Positions 37,211-45,817 of a DNA stretch of 64,000 nucleotides are shown piece after piece (within the stretch, counting starts at the first letter, position 1; every line of letters begins with the position of its first letter). The position numbers and the translations under genes were made by a program. The notes below the pieces were generated by a model. It was not told where the DNA came from. It searched no databases and saw only the letters and a program-made list of their open reading frames with translations. Source of the stretch: an uncultured Gemmatimonadales bacterium (GTDB lineage Bacteria; Gemmatimonadota; Gemmatimonadetes; Longimicrobiales; Longimicrobiaceae); assembly GCA_963716255.1 (NCBI GenBank), contig OY970303.1, positions 2,688,001 through 2,752,000 on the forward strand, written 5' to 3'.

Positions 37211-39988
37211 ATGACCGACCTGCCGCCCGGCACCGCCCCCGGACCCGGCGCGGAGCCGCGCGACCCGGGCCTCCTGCTGGACGCCGTCACCTTCGCCGCG
37301 AAAGCGTTTCTCACCGCGGACTCGCTGGAATCCGCCGCGGCCGCCGTGCTGCGGCGTCTGGGCGAGGCCGCGGGCGCCGCGCGCGCCTACGTCCTGGACG
37401 GCGGCGCCGCCTGCCGCTGGCCGGAGGCCGACTGCGACGGGCCCGCCGTGCACCTGCGCGCCGGGTGGAGCGGCCCCGGGTGCGGGCCGGGCCCCGAGGG
37501 CGGCGGGGAGGCCGGCGCGCCGTGGGAGGCCGCGCTCGCCGGCTGGGTGGACGCCCTCCGCGCCGGGACCACCGTGCAGGGACACGCGCGCGAGCTCCCC
37601 TCCCCCGCGCGCGAGCTGCTTGCGGCGCACGGCGCCCGCTCGCTGGTGATGGTCCCCGTGTTCGTGAGCGGCGGCCTGTGGGGGATCACCGGCTTCGACG
37701 CCTGCGACGCCGAGCGGAGCTGGTCCCAGACCGAGCTGCGGGCGCTGCACGCCGTGGCCGACCTGTTCGGGGTGGCCGTGGGGCGGCAGAGGCTGGAGAT
37801 GACGCTGTCCGGGCAGCGCCTCCAGGCCGTGCTCCAGGCCGAGGTGGGATCCGCCGTCACCGAGAGCACCGGCTCGCTCGACGGGATGCTGCAGCGCTGC
37901 GCCGAGGCCGTGGCCAGGCACCTGGACGCCGCGCTGGTCCGCATCTGGATCACCGACCAGGGCGACCCCGGCACGCTCAACCTGCGGGCGAGCGCCGGGG
38001 TGCGGACCCGGGTGACCGGCCGGTACAGCCGGGTCCCCCTCGGCCTCTTCCCCTTCGCCGGGTCCGACGTGCGCCGCCAGCCGCTGGTGTCCAACCAGGC
38101 CCAGACCGACGGCAGCCTGGACGACCCCGAGTGGGCGGTGCGCGAGGGGCTCACCGCCGCCGCCGGCTACCCCCTGGTGGTGGAGAACGACCGGCTGGTG
38201 GGGGCCATCGTCCTGTTCCGCCGCAGGCGCCTGCACCAGGTGGACGTGGACGCCTTCGCCTCCGTGGGCGACGAGATCGCCCTCGCCATCGAGCACGCCC
38301 GCGCGCTGGACGCGCTCCGCGGCCGCGAGCGCCAGCTCGCCGAGGCGCAGGAGCTGGCCGAGATGGGGAGCTGGCAGTGGGAGGTCGAGGCCGATCGCGT
38401 CACCTGCTCCGACAACCTGTACCGCATCTTCGGGCTGAACCCGCGCGAGCGCCCCATCAACTCCGCGGCCGTGCTCCGCCGCGTGCACCCCGACGACCGC
38501 GCCGTCGTCGCCGACGCCCTGGGCGCCGCCACCCGCGAGCTGCGCCCCTTCGACTTCGAGGCCCGTATCGTCCGCCCGGACGGCGAGGCCCGCGCCCTCC
38601 ACTGGCGCGGCGAGGCCGCCGCCGTCCCGCCCGGCGCCGCCGCCCGCTTCCTGGGCACCTGCCAGGACATCACCGCCCGCCGCGAGGCGGAGGAGCGGTC
38701 GCAGCGGCTGGTGCGCGAGCAGGGCGCCCGCGCCGAGGCCGAGGCCGCCCGGCGCCGCGCCGAGTTCCTGGCCGAGGCCAGCCGCGTGCTCGGCGCCTCC
38801 ATCGACCACCGGGTGACGCTCGCCTCCCTGGCGCGCCTCGCCGTCCCCGAGCTGGCCGACTGCTGCATCGTGGACCTGCTGCGCGACGGGGGCACCACGC
38901 TGCGGGTGGGGATCGCCCACGTCGACGACCGCAAGGAGGCCATCCTCTGCCGCCCCGGCAGCTTCGACCTGGACGCGCTCACCCCCGTCCACCCCGTGCT
39001 CCGCGCCCTGCGCGACGGCGAAGCCTCGCTGCTGGCCGAGGTCACCCCGCAGATGCTCAACGAGGCCGTGCTGGAGGGCCCCCGGCGCGACCTGCTGCGC
39101 GACCTTGGCCCCACGTCCGTGGTGGTGGTCCCGCTCCAGGCCGGGGACGACGTCATCGGCGCGCTCACCCTGATGGTGTCCGAGTCCGGCCGCGTGTACG
39201 CCCAGGCCGACCTGGACCTCGCGCGCGAGCTGGCCCGCCGCGCCTCGCTCGCCGTGGAGAACGCTCGCCTCTTCCGCCAGGCGCGCGAAGCGGTGCAGGC
39301 GCGCGACGAAGTCCTTTCCGTGGTCGCGCACGACCTGCGCAACCCCGTGGGCACCGTCATCATGGGCGCCAACCTGCTCCTGGACGAGATCCCGGACGGC
39401 GAGCGCCCCTTCGAGCGCAAGTACCTGCAGATCATCCGCCGCTCCGCCGAGCGCATGGACCGGCTGATCCAGGACCTGCTGGAGGTCAAGCGCATCGAGA
39501 CCGGCAAGCTGGCGCTGGAGTGCCGCCCCGACGACCTGGCGCGCGTGCTCGCCGAGAGCGTGGAGATGCTGCGCCCCATGGCCGCCGCCGCCGCCCTCCG
39601 CCTGGAGGAGGAGGTCCCCGGGGGGCTGCCGCGGGTGCTGGTGGATGCCCTGCGCGTGCAGCAGGTGCTTTCCAACCTCGTGGGCAACGCCCTCAAGTTC
39701 ACCCCCGCCGGCGGGGTCATCACCCTGCGGGCCGTCCCGCGCGCCGCCGAGGTGCAGGTGTCCGTCGCCGACACCGGACCCGGGATCTCCGCCGAGCAGC
39801 TCCCGCACATCTTCGGGCGGTTCTGGCAGGGCGGGCGCAAGGACGGCCTGGGCGTGGGGCTGGGGCTCGCCATCGCCAAGGGGCTGGTGGAGGCCCACGG
39901 CGGGCGGATCTGGGTGGAGAGCGAGCCCGGCCACGGCACCGTCTTTTCCTTTACCGTTCCCGTTGCCCCTGAGGCTTCTACGGCTTGA
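37211..39988 (+). CDS. Cytoplasmic multi-GAF/PAS sensor histidine kinase
   Basis: GAF-like segments, PAS (VHPDDR), VVAHDLRNP, NLVGNALKFT, DTGPGI and GLGLAI. Confidence 0.92.
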   Translation: MTDLPPGTAPGPGAEPRDPGLLLDAVTFAAKAFLTADSLESAAAAVLRRLGEAAGAARAYVLDGGAACRWPEADCDGPAVHLRAGWSGPGCGPGPEGGGEAGAPWEAALAGWVDALRAGTTVQGHARELPSPARELLAAHGARSLVMVPVFVSGGLWGITGFDACDAERSWSQTELRALHAVADLFGVAVGRQRLEMTLSGQRLQAVLQAEVGSAVTESTGSLDGMLQRCAEAVARHLDAALVRIWITDQGDPGTLNLRASAGVRTRVTGRYSRVPLGLFPFAGSDVRRQPLVSNQAQTDGSLDDPEWAVREGLTAAAGYPLVVENDRLVGAIVLFRRRRLHQVDVDAFASVGDEIALAIEHARALDALRGRERQLAEAQELAEMGSWQWEVEADRVTCSDNLYRIFGLNPRERPINSAAVLRRVHPDDRAVVADALGAATRELRPFDFEARIVRPDGEARALHWRGEAAAVPPGAAARFLGTCQDITARREAEERSQRLVREQGARAEAEAARRRAEFLAEASRVLGASIDHRVTLASLARLAVPELADCCIVDLLRDGGTTLRVGIAHVDDRKEAILCRPGSFDLDALTPVHPVLRALRDGEASLLAEVTPQMLNEAVLEGPRRDLLRDLGPTSVVVVPLQAGDDVIGALTLMVSESGRVYAQADLDLARELARRASLAVENARLFRQAREAVQARDEVLSVVAHDLRNPVGTVIMGANLLLDEIPDGERPFERKYLQIIRRSAERMDRLIQDLLEVKRIETGKLALECRPDDLARVLAESVEMLRPMAAAAALRLEEEVPGGLPRVLVDALRVQQVLSNLVGNALKFTPAGGVITLRAVPRAAEVQVSVADTGPGISAEQLPHIFGRFWQGGRKDGLGVGLGLAIAKGLVEAHGGRIWVESEPGHGTVFSFTVPVAPEASTA

Positions 39989-40013
39989 CGGCAACGGATT
40001 GAACGGCGGTTCT

Positions 40014-40146
40014 GGGCGTGTCCCCGGCTGGCGCCGGGGTCGGGCTTCGGCTCCGTAACGCACGAAACAACCGTGCGTAACGGAGTCGAGCCCCGGCGGA
40101 AACAGCCCCGCCGGGTCTCGCCCCTTCGGGCCGAAATCCCTCACGC
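40014..40146 (+). repeat. Family-A structured repeat, copy 5
   Basis: Stem ACGCACG/CGTGCGT with loop AAACAAC. Confidence 0.95.
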
Positions 40147-40169
40147 GGGCATCACGCTGGCGTCCGCGG

Positions 40170-40276
40170 GGCCCCCCACCCCGGCGCTGCGCACCACCCC
40201 TCCCCCGGACCCGGGGGAGGGATCTCCTTTGTCGTGCTCCCCCTCTCCCCTTGCGGGGAGGGGCTGGGGGAGGGGG
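40170..40276. repeat. Family-C-like palindromes
   Basis: 40170-40222 resembles the reverse complement of 41127-41179. It is followed by CCCCTCTCCCCTTGCGGGGAGGGG. Confidence 0.65.
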
Positions 40277-40384
40277 TCTTGCCGCCTCGACCCCGGCGCG
40301 CAGGCCCGCCATTTCCCTCCGCGCTTCCCGCCTGTACCTTCCCCACCTTCTCTGCCGAACCCCCCGCAGCCCCGGAGCACCCGC

Positions 40385-40912
40385 GTGAACCTGAGCCTCC
40401 GCGCACTTCAACGTCTCGTCCCCGGCCTCGCCGGTACCCCGGAGGAGATCGCCGGCCGCCTCCGCGAGGGCGGTATCGCCGTGTCCCGCATCGCGCCGCT
40501 GGAGGAACTGCTGCGGCCGGTGGTCGTGGGGCGCGTGACGGAGCTGGCGCAGCACCCCAACGCCGACCGCCTCAGGGTGTGCGTGGTGGACGACGGCGGC
40601 GAGCAGCCGCGGCAGATCGTCACCGGCGCCGACAACGTCGCGGCGGGCGCCTCGTACCCTGTCATCCGCGCCGGCACCACGCTCCCGGGCGGGGTCAAGA
40701 TCCGCAAGGGCAAGCTCCGCGGCGAGGTGTCCGAGGGGATGCTGGGCTCCGCCATCGAGCTGGAGCTGGGCGACGAGAAGGAGGGGCTGATGACGCTCCC
40801 CGGCGACCCCGCGCCCGGCACCCCGCTCCCCGAAGTGGTCCCCGTGGAGGGCGTCGTCTTCGTCCTGGAGGGCGAGCCTACCGAGGAGGAGGTGGTGAAG
40901 GCGCTCGGATGA
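40385..40912 (+). CDS. Stand-alone tRNA-binding OB-fold protein (PheT B2 / YtpR-like)
   Basis: VVVGRV...QHPNADRLRVCVVD.G...QIVTGADNV...KIRKGKLRGEVSEGML.S..EL. Stops after about 175 aa. Confidence 0.85.
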   Translation: MNLSLRALQRLVPGLAGTPEEIAGRLREGGIAVSRIAPLEELLRPVVVGRVTELAQHPNADRLRVCVVDDGGEQPRQIVTGADNVAAGASYPVIRAGTTLPGGVKIRKGKLRGEVSEGMLGSAIELELGDEKEGLMTLPGDPAPGTPLPEVVPVEGVVFVLEGEPTEEEVVKALG

Positions 40913-40916
40913 GGGA

Positions 40917-41179
40917 ACGGAAGTACGTGAGTGCGGGAATGTGAATGGCGGTACGGAGTACGAAGTACGTGAACTGCGCCCCCGCCGGGATCTCCCGGCG
41001 GGGGCGCCATCGCAGGCCCTCACCCGGCTCGCTTGAGGCTCGCCACCCGGGTCCTTCAACCGGTCCACGCGAAGCGTGAGGCGCCATCCTGGGCGAGGGG
41101 ACTACGGCTGGACTCCGTGCGGTTTTCCCCTCCCTCGCTTGCTGGGGAGGGGTGGCGCGCAGCGCCGGGGTGGGGGGCC
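40917..41179. repeat. Composite repeat mosaic (AGTRCG short repeats, 15-bp inverted repeat, family C with family-D insert, family-C-like unit)
   Basis: GAAGTACGTGAGTGCGGG...GGAGTACGAAGTACG; perfect inverted repeat at 40976-41007; 41016-41100 resembles the reverse complement of 271-355. Confidence 0.75.
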
Positions 41180-41202
41180 CAGCGGACGCCAGCTCGATGC
41201 CC

Positions 41203-41331
41203 GCGTGAGGGATTTCGGCCCGAAGGGGCGAGACCCGGCGGCTGTTTGCCGGGGCTCGACTCCGTTAGCCCGCGTTGTTTGCGGGCTTACGGAGCCGAAG
41301 CCCGACCCCGGCGACAGCCGGGGGCACGCCC
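41203..41331 (-). repeat. Family-A structured repeat, copy 6
   Basis: Stem AGCCCGC/GCGGGCT with loop AAACAAC. Confidence 0.95.
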
Positions 41332-41343
41332 GAACCCTGCAGT

Positions 41344-42912
41344 TCAACTCCCGACTGATCCCATCTCCGCCAGGCGCGCCTTCGCCTCCGCGTCGTCCGG
41401 GTCCAGCTCCACGGCGCGGCGGAAGGCGGCCAGCGCCCCGGCGCGGTCCCCGCGGGCCAGGAGCGCGTCGCCCAGGTCCACCCGCACCCCCGCCGAGCGC
41501 GGCAGGGCCTCCGCCGCCCAGCCGAACACCCGCGCCGCCGCCTCCGCGTCGCCCCGCCTCCAGAGCAGCTCGTAGCCCAGCGCGCGGAACGCAGCCTCGT
41601 CCATCGGCGGCCGGCCGACGCTCCCCGCCACCGCCGCCCGGAAGACCGGCTCGGCGGCCGCTGCGCCGCGCGTCAGCACGGCGTACGCGACCTCGTCCGC
41701 GCCGGGCGCGCTCGTGCCCGTGCTCGCGGCCGGGCCCGTGCGCTCCAGCGCCAGCGCGGCTCCCGGGGGCGCCCACTCCGCCGGGTCGCGCCCCAGGAGC
41801 GCCCGCGCCTCCGCGTCGCCCTTCACGTGCGCGTCCAGGAACGCGGCCACGAGCCGCAGCGTGGCCGCGTGGCCGCGGTGGGGCGCGCCCTGCACCGGGC
41901 CCCAGAAGGCCGGGAGCACCCCCTCCACCATGCCGTGGATGGCGAAATCGGCGTGGCGCATGCCGCGCACCCGCAGCAGCCAGCGCGGCCCCGCCGCCGA
42001 GTCGAACACCGCGCGGTCCTCGCCCAGGCCGCGCGCCAGGTTCTCCTCGCGCGTGCGGGTGGCGTGCAGCAGCGGCATGCGCAGCCGGTCCAGGCGGTAG
42101 AAGGGGGACGGGCGCATCAGGTCGCGCATCAGCCGGTTGGATAGGATGCCGCTGTCCAGGCTCACCACCGCGTCCGTCTCCGGGCGCCGCATCGCCAGCA
42201 GCGTCGCCGCCATCCCGCCCAGGTCGAAGCCCACCAGCGCGCTCCGCCCCGCGTCCGCGCCCGGCAGCCCCCGCACCCGGGCGAGCACCTGCTCCAGGTC
42301 GCGCACCTCCGTTTCCAGGTCGGCCGCCCCCACCGTCACCAGCGGGGAGCGCGTCCCCGCCAGCGTCGCTGCCGCCACCAGGTAGCCCCGGCTGGCCAGG
42401 TACTCGGCGAGCACCACCTGCGCGAGCGGCGACTCGTACGACCACCCCATCCCCAGCACCACCGCCGGGAACCGCCCGGGTGCCGCCGGCGCCGCGTGCC
42501 CGGCGAGCGCTTCCAGCGCCATCAGCGTGTCGTAGCGCGCGCCCGGCGTCCCCGGCGGGCCCGGCACCGCCAGCGCCCGCCTTTCCGCCGCGCGGCGCTC
42601 CGCGTCCGTGCGCAGCGCCCGCCCCTCCGGCGCGCCCAGCAGGTGCGCGTAGTCGCGCAGGCGCATGCGCGGCGCGCCCGCTCGCATGGCGGCCGGGTAC
42701 CACAGGCTCACCTGGATGGGCCGCGGCGCCGCGGAGTCGCCCCAGGCGCGGGCCGGGTCGCGGATCCACTCCACCCGGTAGCCCACCGCGTGCGGCCCCG
42801 GCCGCAGCTCCCCCCACAGCGGCGGGGCCTGCGCGGCCGCGCGCGCGGGGAGGGCGGCGGTCAGGCCCAGCAGGAGCGCGGCGGCGAGCGGGAGACGGGG
42901 GACGGGGCGCAT
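41344..42912 (-). CDS. Secreted alpha/beta-hydrolase-fold protein with C-terminal TPR
   Basis: Signal peptide, GPHAVG, VSLWYPA, EYLASRGYLV, elbow GFDLGG, and TPR (DLGDALL..GDRAGALAAFRRAVELDP). Confidence 0.8.
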   Translation of the reverse strand: MRPVPRLPLAAALLLGLTAALPARAAAQAPPLWGELRPGPHAVGYRVEWIRDPARAWGDSAAPRPIQVSLWYPAAMRAGAPRMRLRDYAHLLGAPEGRALRTDAERRAAERRALAVPGPPGTPGARYDTLMALEALAGHAAPAAPGRFPAVVLGMGWSYESPLAQVVLAEYLASRGYLVAAATLAGTRSPLVTVGAADLETEVRDLEQVLARVRGLPGADAGRSALVGFDLGGMAATLLAMRRPETDAVVSLDSGILSNRLMRDLMRPSPFYRLDRLRMPLLHATRTREENLARGLGEDRAVFDSAAGPRWLLRVRGMRHADFAIHGMVEGVLPAFWGPVQGAPHRGHAATLRLVAAFLDAHVKGDAEARALLGRDPAEWAPPGAALALERTGPAASTGTSAPGADEVAYAVLTRGAAAAEPVFRAAVAGSVGRPPMDEAAFRALGYELLWRRGDAEAAARVFGWAAEALPRSAGVRVDLGDALLARGDRAGALAAFRRAVELDPDDAEAKARLAEMGSVGS

Positions 42913-43099
42913 GGACGGTCCGGTGCGGGGAGTGGGAGGAGCGCCGACACGGCCGGGGGACGGGCCGCGTGCGGGAAATGTTAACCGCCTTCCCGCCCGG
43001 CTGGCGAGCCCGACCCCAACGCCGCGGGGGCGGCGGCTGTACTCCCTTTCAGCGCGGCCCGGGGGCCGCCATCCAAACCGCGACCGAGGAGAGCAGGCC

Positions 43100-43762
43100 A
43101 TGAAGTTCCGCACGTACGCACTCGCGCTGGCGCTCGCCGCGGCGCCGCTTCCCGCGCTGGCCCAGGACCCCGTCCCCGCCCCCGACCGTCCCCGCGCCGA
43201 GCGCGCCCCGGGCGAGGCCAGGCGCCCCGCCGAGGCTCGCCGCCGCCGCGAAGCGCGGCGCGGAGCGGAGATGCGCCGCCGTGGCGCCGAGATGCGCCGC
43301 CACGCCGCCGAAGCTCGGCGCCGCGGCGTGGCCGAGCGCCTCATCGCCCGCCGCGAGCAGCTGAAGCTCACGGACGCGCAGGTCGCCCGCCTCCAGGCCG
43401 TCGACCGCTCGCTGGCGAGCCGCAACCGCGCCGCGCTGGAGCGCATCCGCGCCGTCCGCGAGAGCGCGGCGCCGCGCCTGCGGGCGCGCGCCGACAGCGC
43501 CCGCGGCGAGGCGCGCCGCATGCGCCTCACCGGGGAGGAGCGCGCCGCGCTGCGCCGCGCGCGCGAGCAGCTGCGGCCGCAGATGGAGCAGCTCAGGCAG
43601 AACCGCGGGGCCGCGCGCCGCGAGGTCGAGTCGGTGCTCACGCCGCAGCAGAAGGAGCAGCTGCGCGCCGCCCGCGAGGCCGGCCGCGGCCGCGCGCGCG
43701 AGCTCCGCGAGCGCCGCCGCGACGAGGTCCGCCGCCGCGTGGAGGTCCGGCCGGGCTCCTGA
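43100..43762 (+). CDS. Spy/CpxP-like periplasmic helical protein
   Basis: Signal MKFRTYALALALAAAPLPALAQ and LTxxQ motifs (LKLTDAQ, VLTPQQ). GAGGAG RBS. Confidence 0.8.
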   Translation: MKFRTYALALALAAAPLPALAQDPVPAPDRPRAERAPGEARRPAEARRRREARRGAEMRRRGAEMRRHAAEARRRGVAERLIARREQLKLTDAQVARLQAVDRSLASRNRAALERIRAVRESAAPRLRARADSARGEARRMRLTGEERAALRRAREQLRPQMEQLRQNRGAARREVESVLTPQQKEQLRAAREAGRGRARELRERRRDEVRRRVEVRPGS

Positions 43763-43841
43763 GCCGGCGGAGTACGCGGCGAAGCGGGGCGCCACACGCG
43801 TGGCGCCCCGCTTCGCCGTTCCGGAGCAGCCCGGACCCGTG

Positions 43842-44108
43842 CTACCCGGAGGACGCCTCGCCCCCGTCCGCCAGGTCCGCCAGCCGCACCCGCACCATGT
43901 CGTCCAGCAGCGCGTCCGGCACGCCGTAGACCTCCTCCGCCAGGAAGCGGCGCGTTTCCGTCTCGCTGCGCGCCACCTCGCGCAGCGCGCTCGCAAGCCG
44001 CTCCACCGGCAGCCCCACCCGGCGGGCGGCGTTCACCAGGCGCTGGTACGCCTCCCGCCTCGCCGCCTGCTCCTCGGGGGTCTCCCCCGGCTCCCACGGC
44101 TCTCGCAT
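43842..44108 (-). CDS. Small hypothetical protein
   Basis: MREPWEPGETPEEQAARREAYQRL..., preceded by GGAGGAGG. Confidence 0.6.
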   Translation of the reverse strand: MREPWEPGETPEEQAARREAYQRLVNAARRVGLPVERLASALREVARSETETRRFLAEEVYGVPDALLDDMVRVRLADLADGGEASSG

Positions 44109-44169
44109 CGCCCTCCTCCTCCCGCTCCGTTTCGGTGATCCTCCCGGCTTCCCCAGAAGAGCGACGCCC

Positions 44170-44478
44170 TCATCCGCCGGCGCCGGGCGCGGCATCGGCC
44201 GGCGCGTCCTCCGCCTCGTCGCGCGGGATCGCCCCGGCGCGCAGGTTGTCCATGGAGTCGCTGATCCGCTGCACGCCCCGCATCTCCGCCACGCCGCCCT
44301 CCAGCACGCCCCACGCGGAGATCGTCCAGGCGCTCGGCGGGCGCTCCTGCTCCCGGTCGTCCTCCTCGCTCGTGCGCGCCACCTCCTCCGCCACCTCGCG
44401 CGAGGCGCACACCGCCGACAGGGCCGGGCAGCTCTCGCCCGGGAGCTTCTGGAACACGCACCACACCTTCTGAGCCAT
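44170..44478 (-). CDS. Small hypothetical protein
   Basis: MAQKVWCVFQKLPGESCPALSAVCASREVAEE..., preceded by GAGGAG. Confidence 0.6.
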   Translation of the reverse strand: MAQKVWCVFQKLPGESCPALSAVCASREVAEEVARTSEEDDREQERPPSAWTISAWGVLEGGVAEMRGVQRISDSMDNLRAGAIPRDEAEDAPADAAPGAGG

Positions 44479-44516
44479 GCGACAAAGCTCCTCGACCGGG
44501 TGGTCACGGCGGGTTC

Positions 44517-44647
44517 GGGCGTGCCCCCGGCGGGCGCCGGGGTCGGGCTTCGGCTCCGTAACGCAGCAAACAACGCTGCGTAACGGAGTCGAGCCCCCGC
44601 GAAACTGCCCGCGGGGTCTCGCCCCTTCGGGCCGTAATCCCTCACGC
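44517..44647 (+). repeat. Family-A structured repeat, copy 7
   Basis: Stem ACGCAGC/GCTGCGT with loop AAACAAC. Confidence 0.95.
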
Positions 44648-44689
44648 AACTGCCTGCCGGTTCCGTATCCGCAAGCTCCCGGCCGCGGG

Positions 44690-44723
44690 AAACGCAAACG
44701 GGGGAGCCCGCAGGCTCCCCCGT
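44690..44723 (-). terminator. Probable intrinsic terminator after the DUF5715-like gene
   Basis: ACGGGGGAGCC-loop-GGCTCCCCCGT hairpin followed by TTTGCGTTT on the minus strand. Confidence 0.5.
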
Positions 44724-44748
44724 CTTTGGTCCGCCGGCCGCGCCGGCT

Positions 44749-45543
44749 TCAGTCCAGCGTTTCCAGCCACCCCAGGCGCTGGCGCATCGTCACCGCGAGC
44801 GACACCGCCGCCAGCACCAGCCCGAAGAGCGCCGGGTGCGGCCCGGACCCGCGCTCCGGCGCGGGCTCCGCCGCCATCCCGTTCGCGGCGGCCGGGGGGG
44901 CGGACGAGCGCTTCGCCGCCGTGGCGGCAGCAGCCGCCTTCACCGCCGGCCCCGCCCCGGCGGCGGACGAGTCGGCCCTTTGCTTCGCCAGGTACGCCGC
45001 GTAGTTGTCCGGGAACACCGCCACGTGGTAGTGGGGCGGGTTGCGCTCGCGCGTCACGTCCAGCACGCCGCTGCGCTCCAGGCCCAGCAGCGTTCCCTCC
45101 AGCCAGGCGCGGCACTCGCCGCTCCGGCTGATGCGGAAGTCCACCGCCATCCCCGCCGGGTGCACCGAGAGCTGGTGCGCGTTCCCCGGCTGGTTCGCGA
45201 GCGGGCGCGTCAGGCTGGTGACCACCAGCTTCTCGCCGCACCCCTCGCGGTACTGCGCCCCCAGCCGCTCCAAAAAGGTGCCCACCTCCGGACGCGTGTA
45301 GGGAAAGGAGACCCCGGACGCGACCGAGTAGTTGGCGTCGCCCTCCACCTTCACCAGCACGCCCTGCTCGACGAAGTCGCGCACCTGGCCGCCGGTGCGC
45401 AGAAAGGTGAAGTCGTTCGCCTCCGCCACCTCGTGCTGGCGGACCATCGACTTCGGGGAGCCGCGCAGCGTCGCGTCGTCCGCGTGCGCAGGCACGGCCA
45501 CGGCGGCCAGGAGCGCAGTCAGAAGAGTCGAGGTTCGCAGCAT
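44749..45543 (-). CDS. DUF5715-like secreted protein (peptidase M15-like metal motifs)
   Basis: Signal peptide, VVTSLTRP, SVHPAGMAVDFR (HxxxxxxD) and PPHYHVAVF (HxH). Confidence 0.75.
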   Translation of the reverse strand: MLRTSTLLTALLAAVAVPAHADDATLRGSPKSMVRQHEVAEANDFTFLRTGGQVRDFVEQGVLVKVEGDANYSVASGVSFPYTRPEVGTFLERLGAQYREGCGEKLVVTSLTRPLANQPGNAHQLSVHPAGMAVDFRISRSGECRAWLEGTLLGLERSGVLDVTRERNPPHYHVAVFPDNYAAYLAKQRADSSAAGAGPAVKAAAAATAAKRSSAPPAAANGMAAEPAPERGSGPHPALFGLVLAAVSLAVTMRQRLGWLETLD

Positions 45544-45817
45544 CCGGTCCTCCGTCGTGGGGTCGTACCGGCGCCGGGCCCGGATGAGGGCTCCCGCGCC
45601 TGGATCTGGTTGTGGGGTATTGAGTTAGGAACGAATCGAATATACAAGCATTCCGCCCGCCGTGCCAGTGGCCGGGTTCGCACAGGTGCCTGTGGAATCA
45701 GGAGTTGCGCGGCGGCTCCACGGGCGGCCGCGGGGTGGCGGAGGAACGGCGGGCGCGGGCACCCGGACGGCCGGGCCGTCCGGGTGCCCTGGCATGGAAT
45801 CGATCGTGGGCGTGCGG

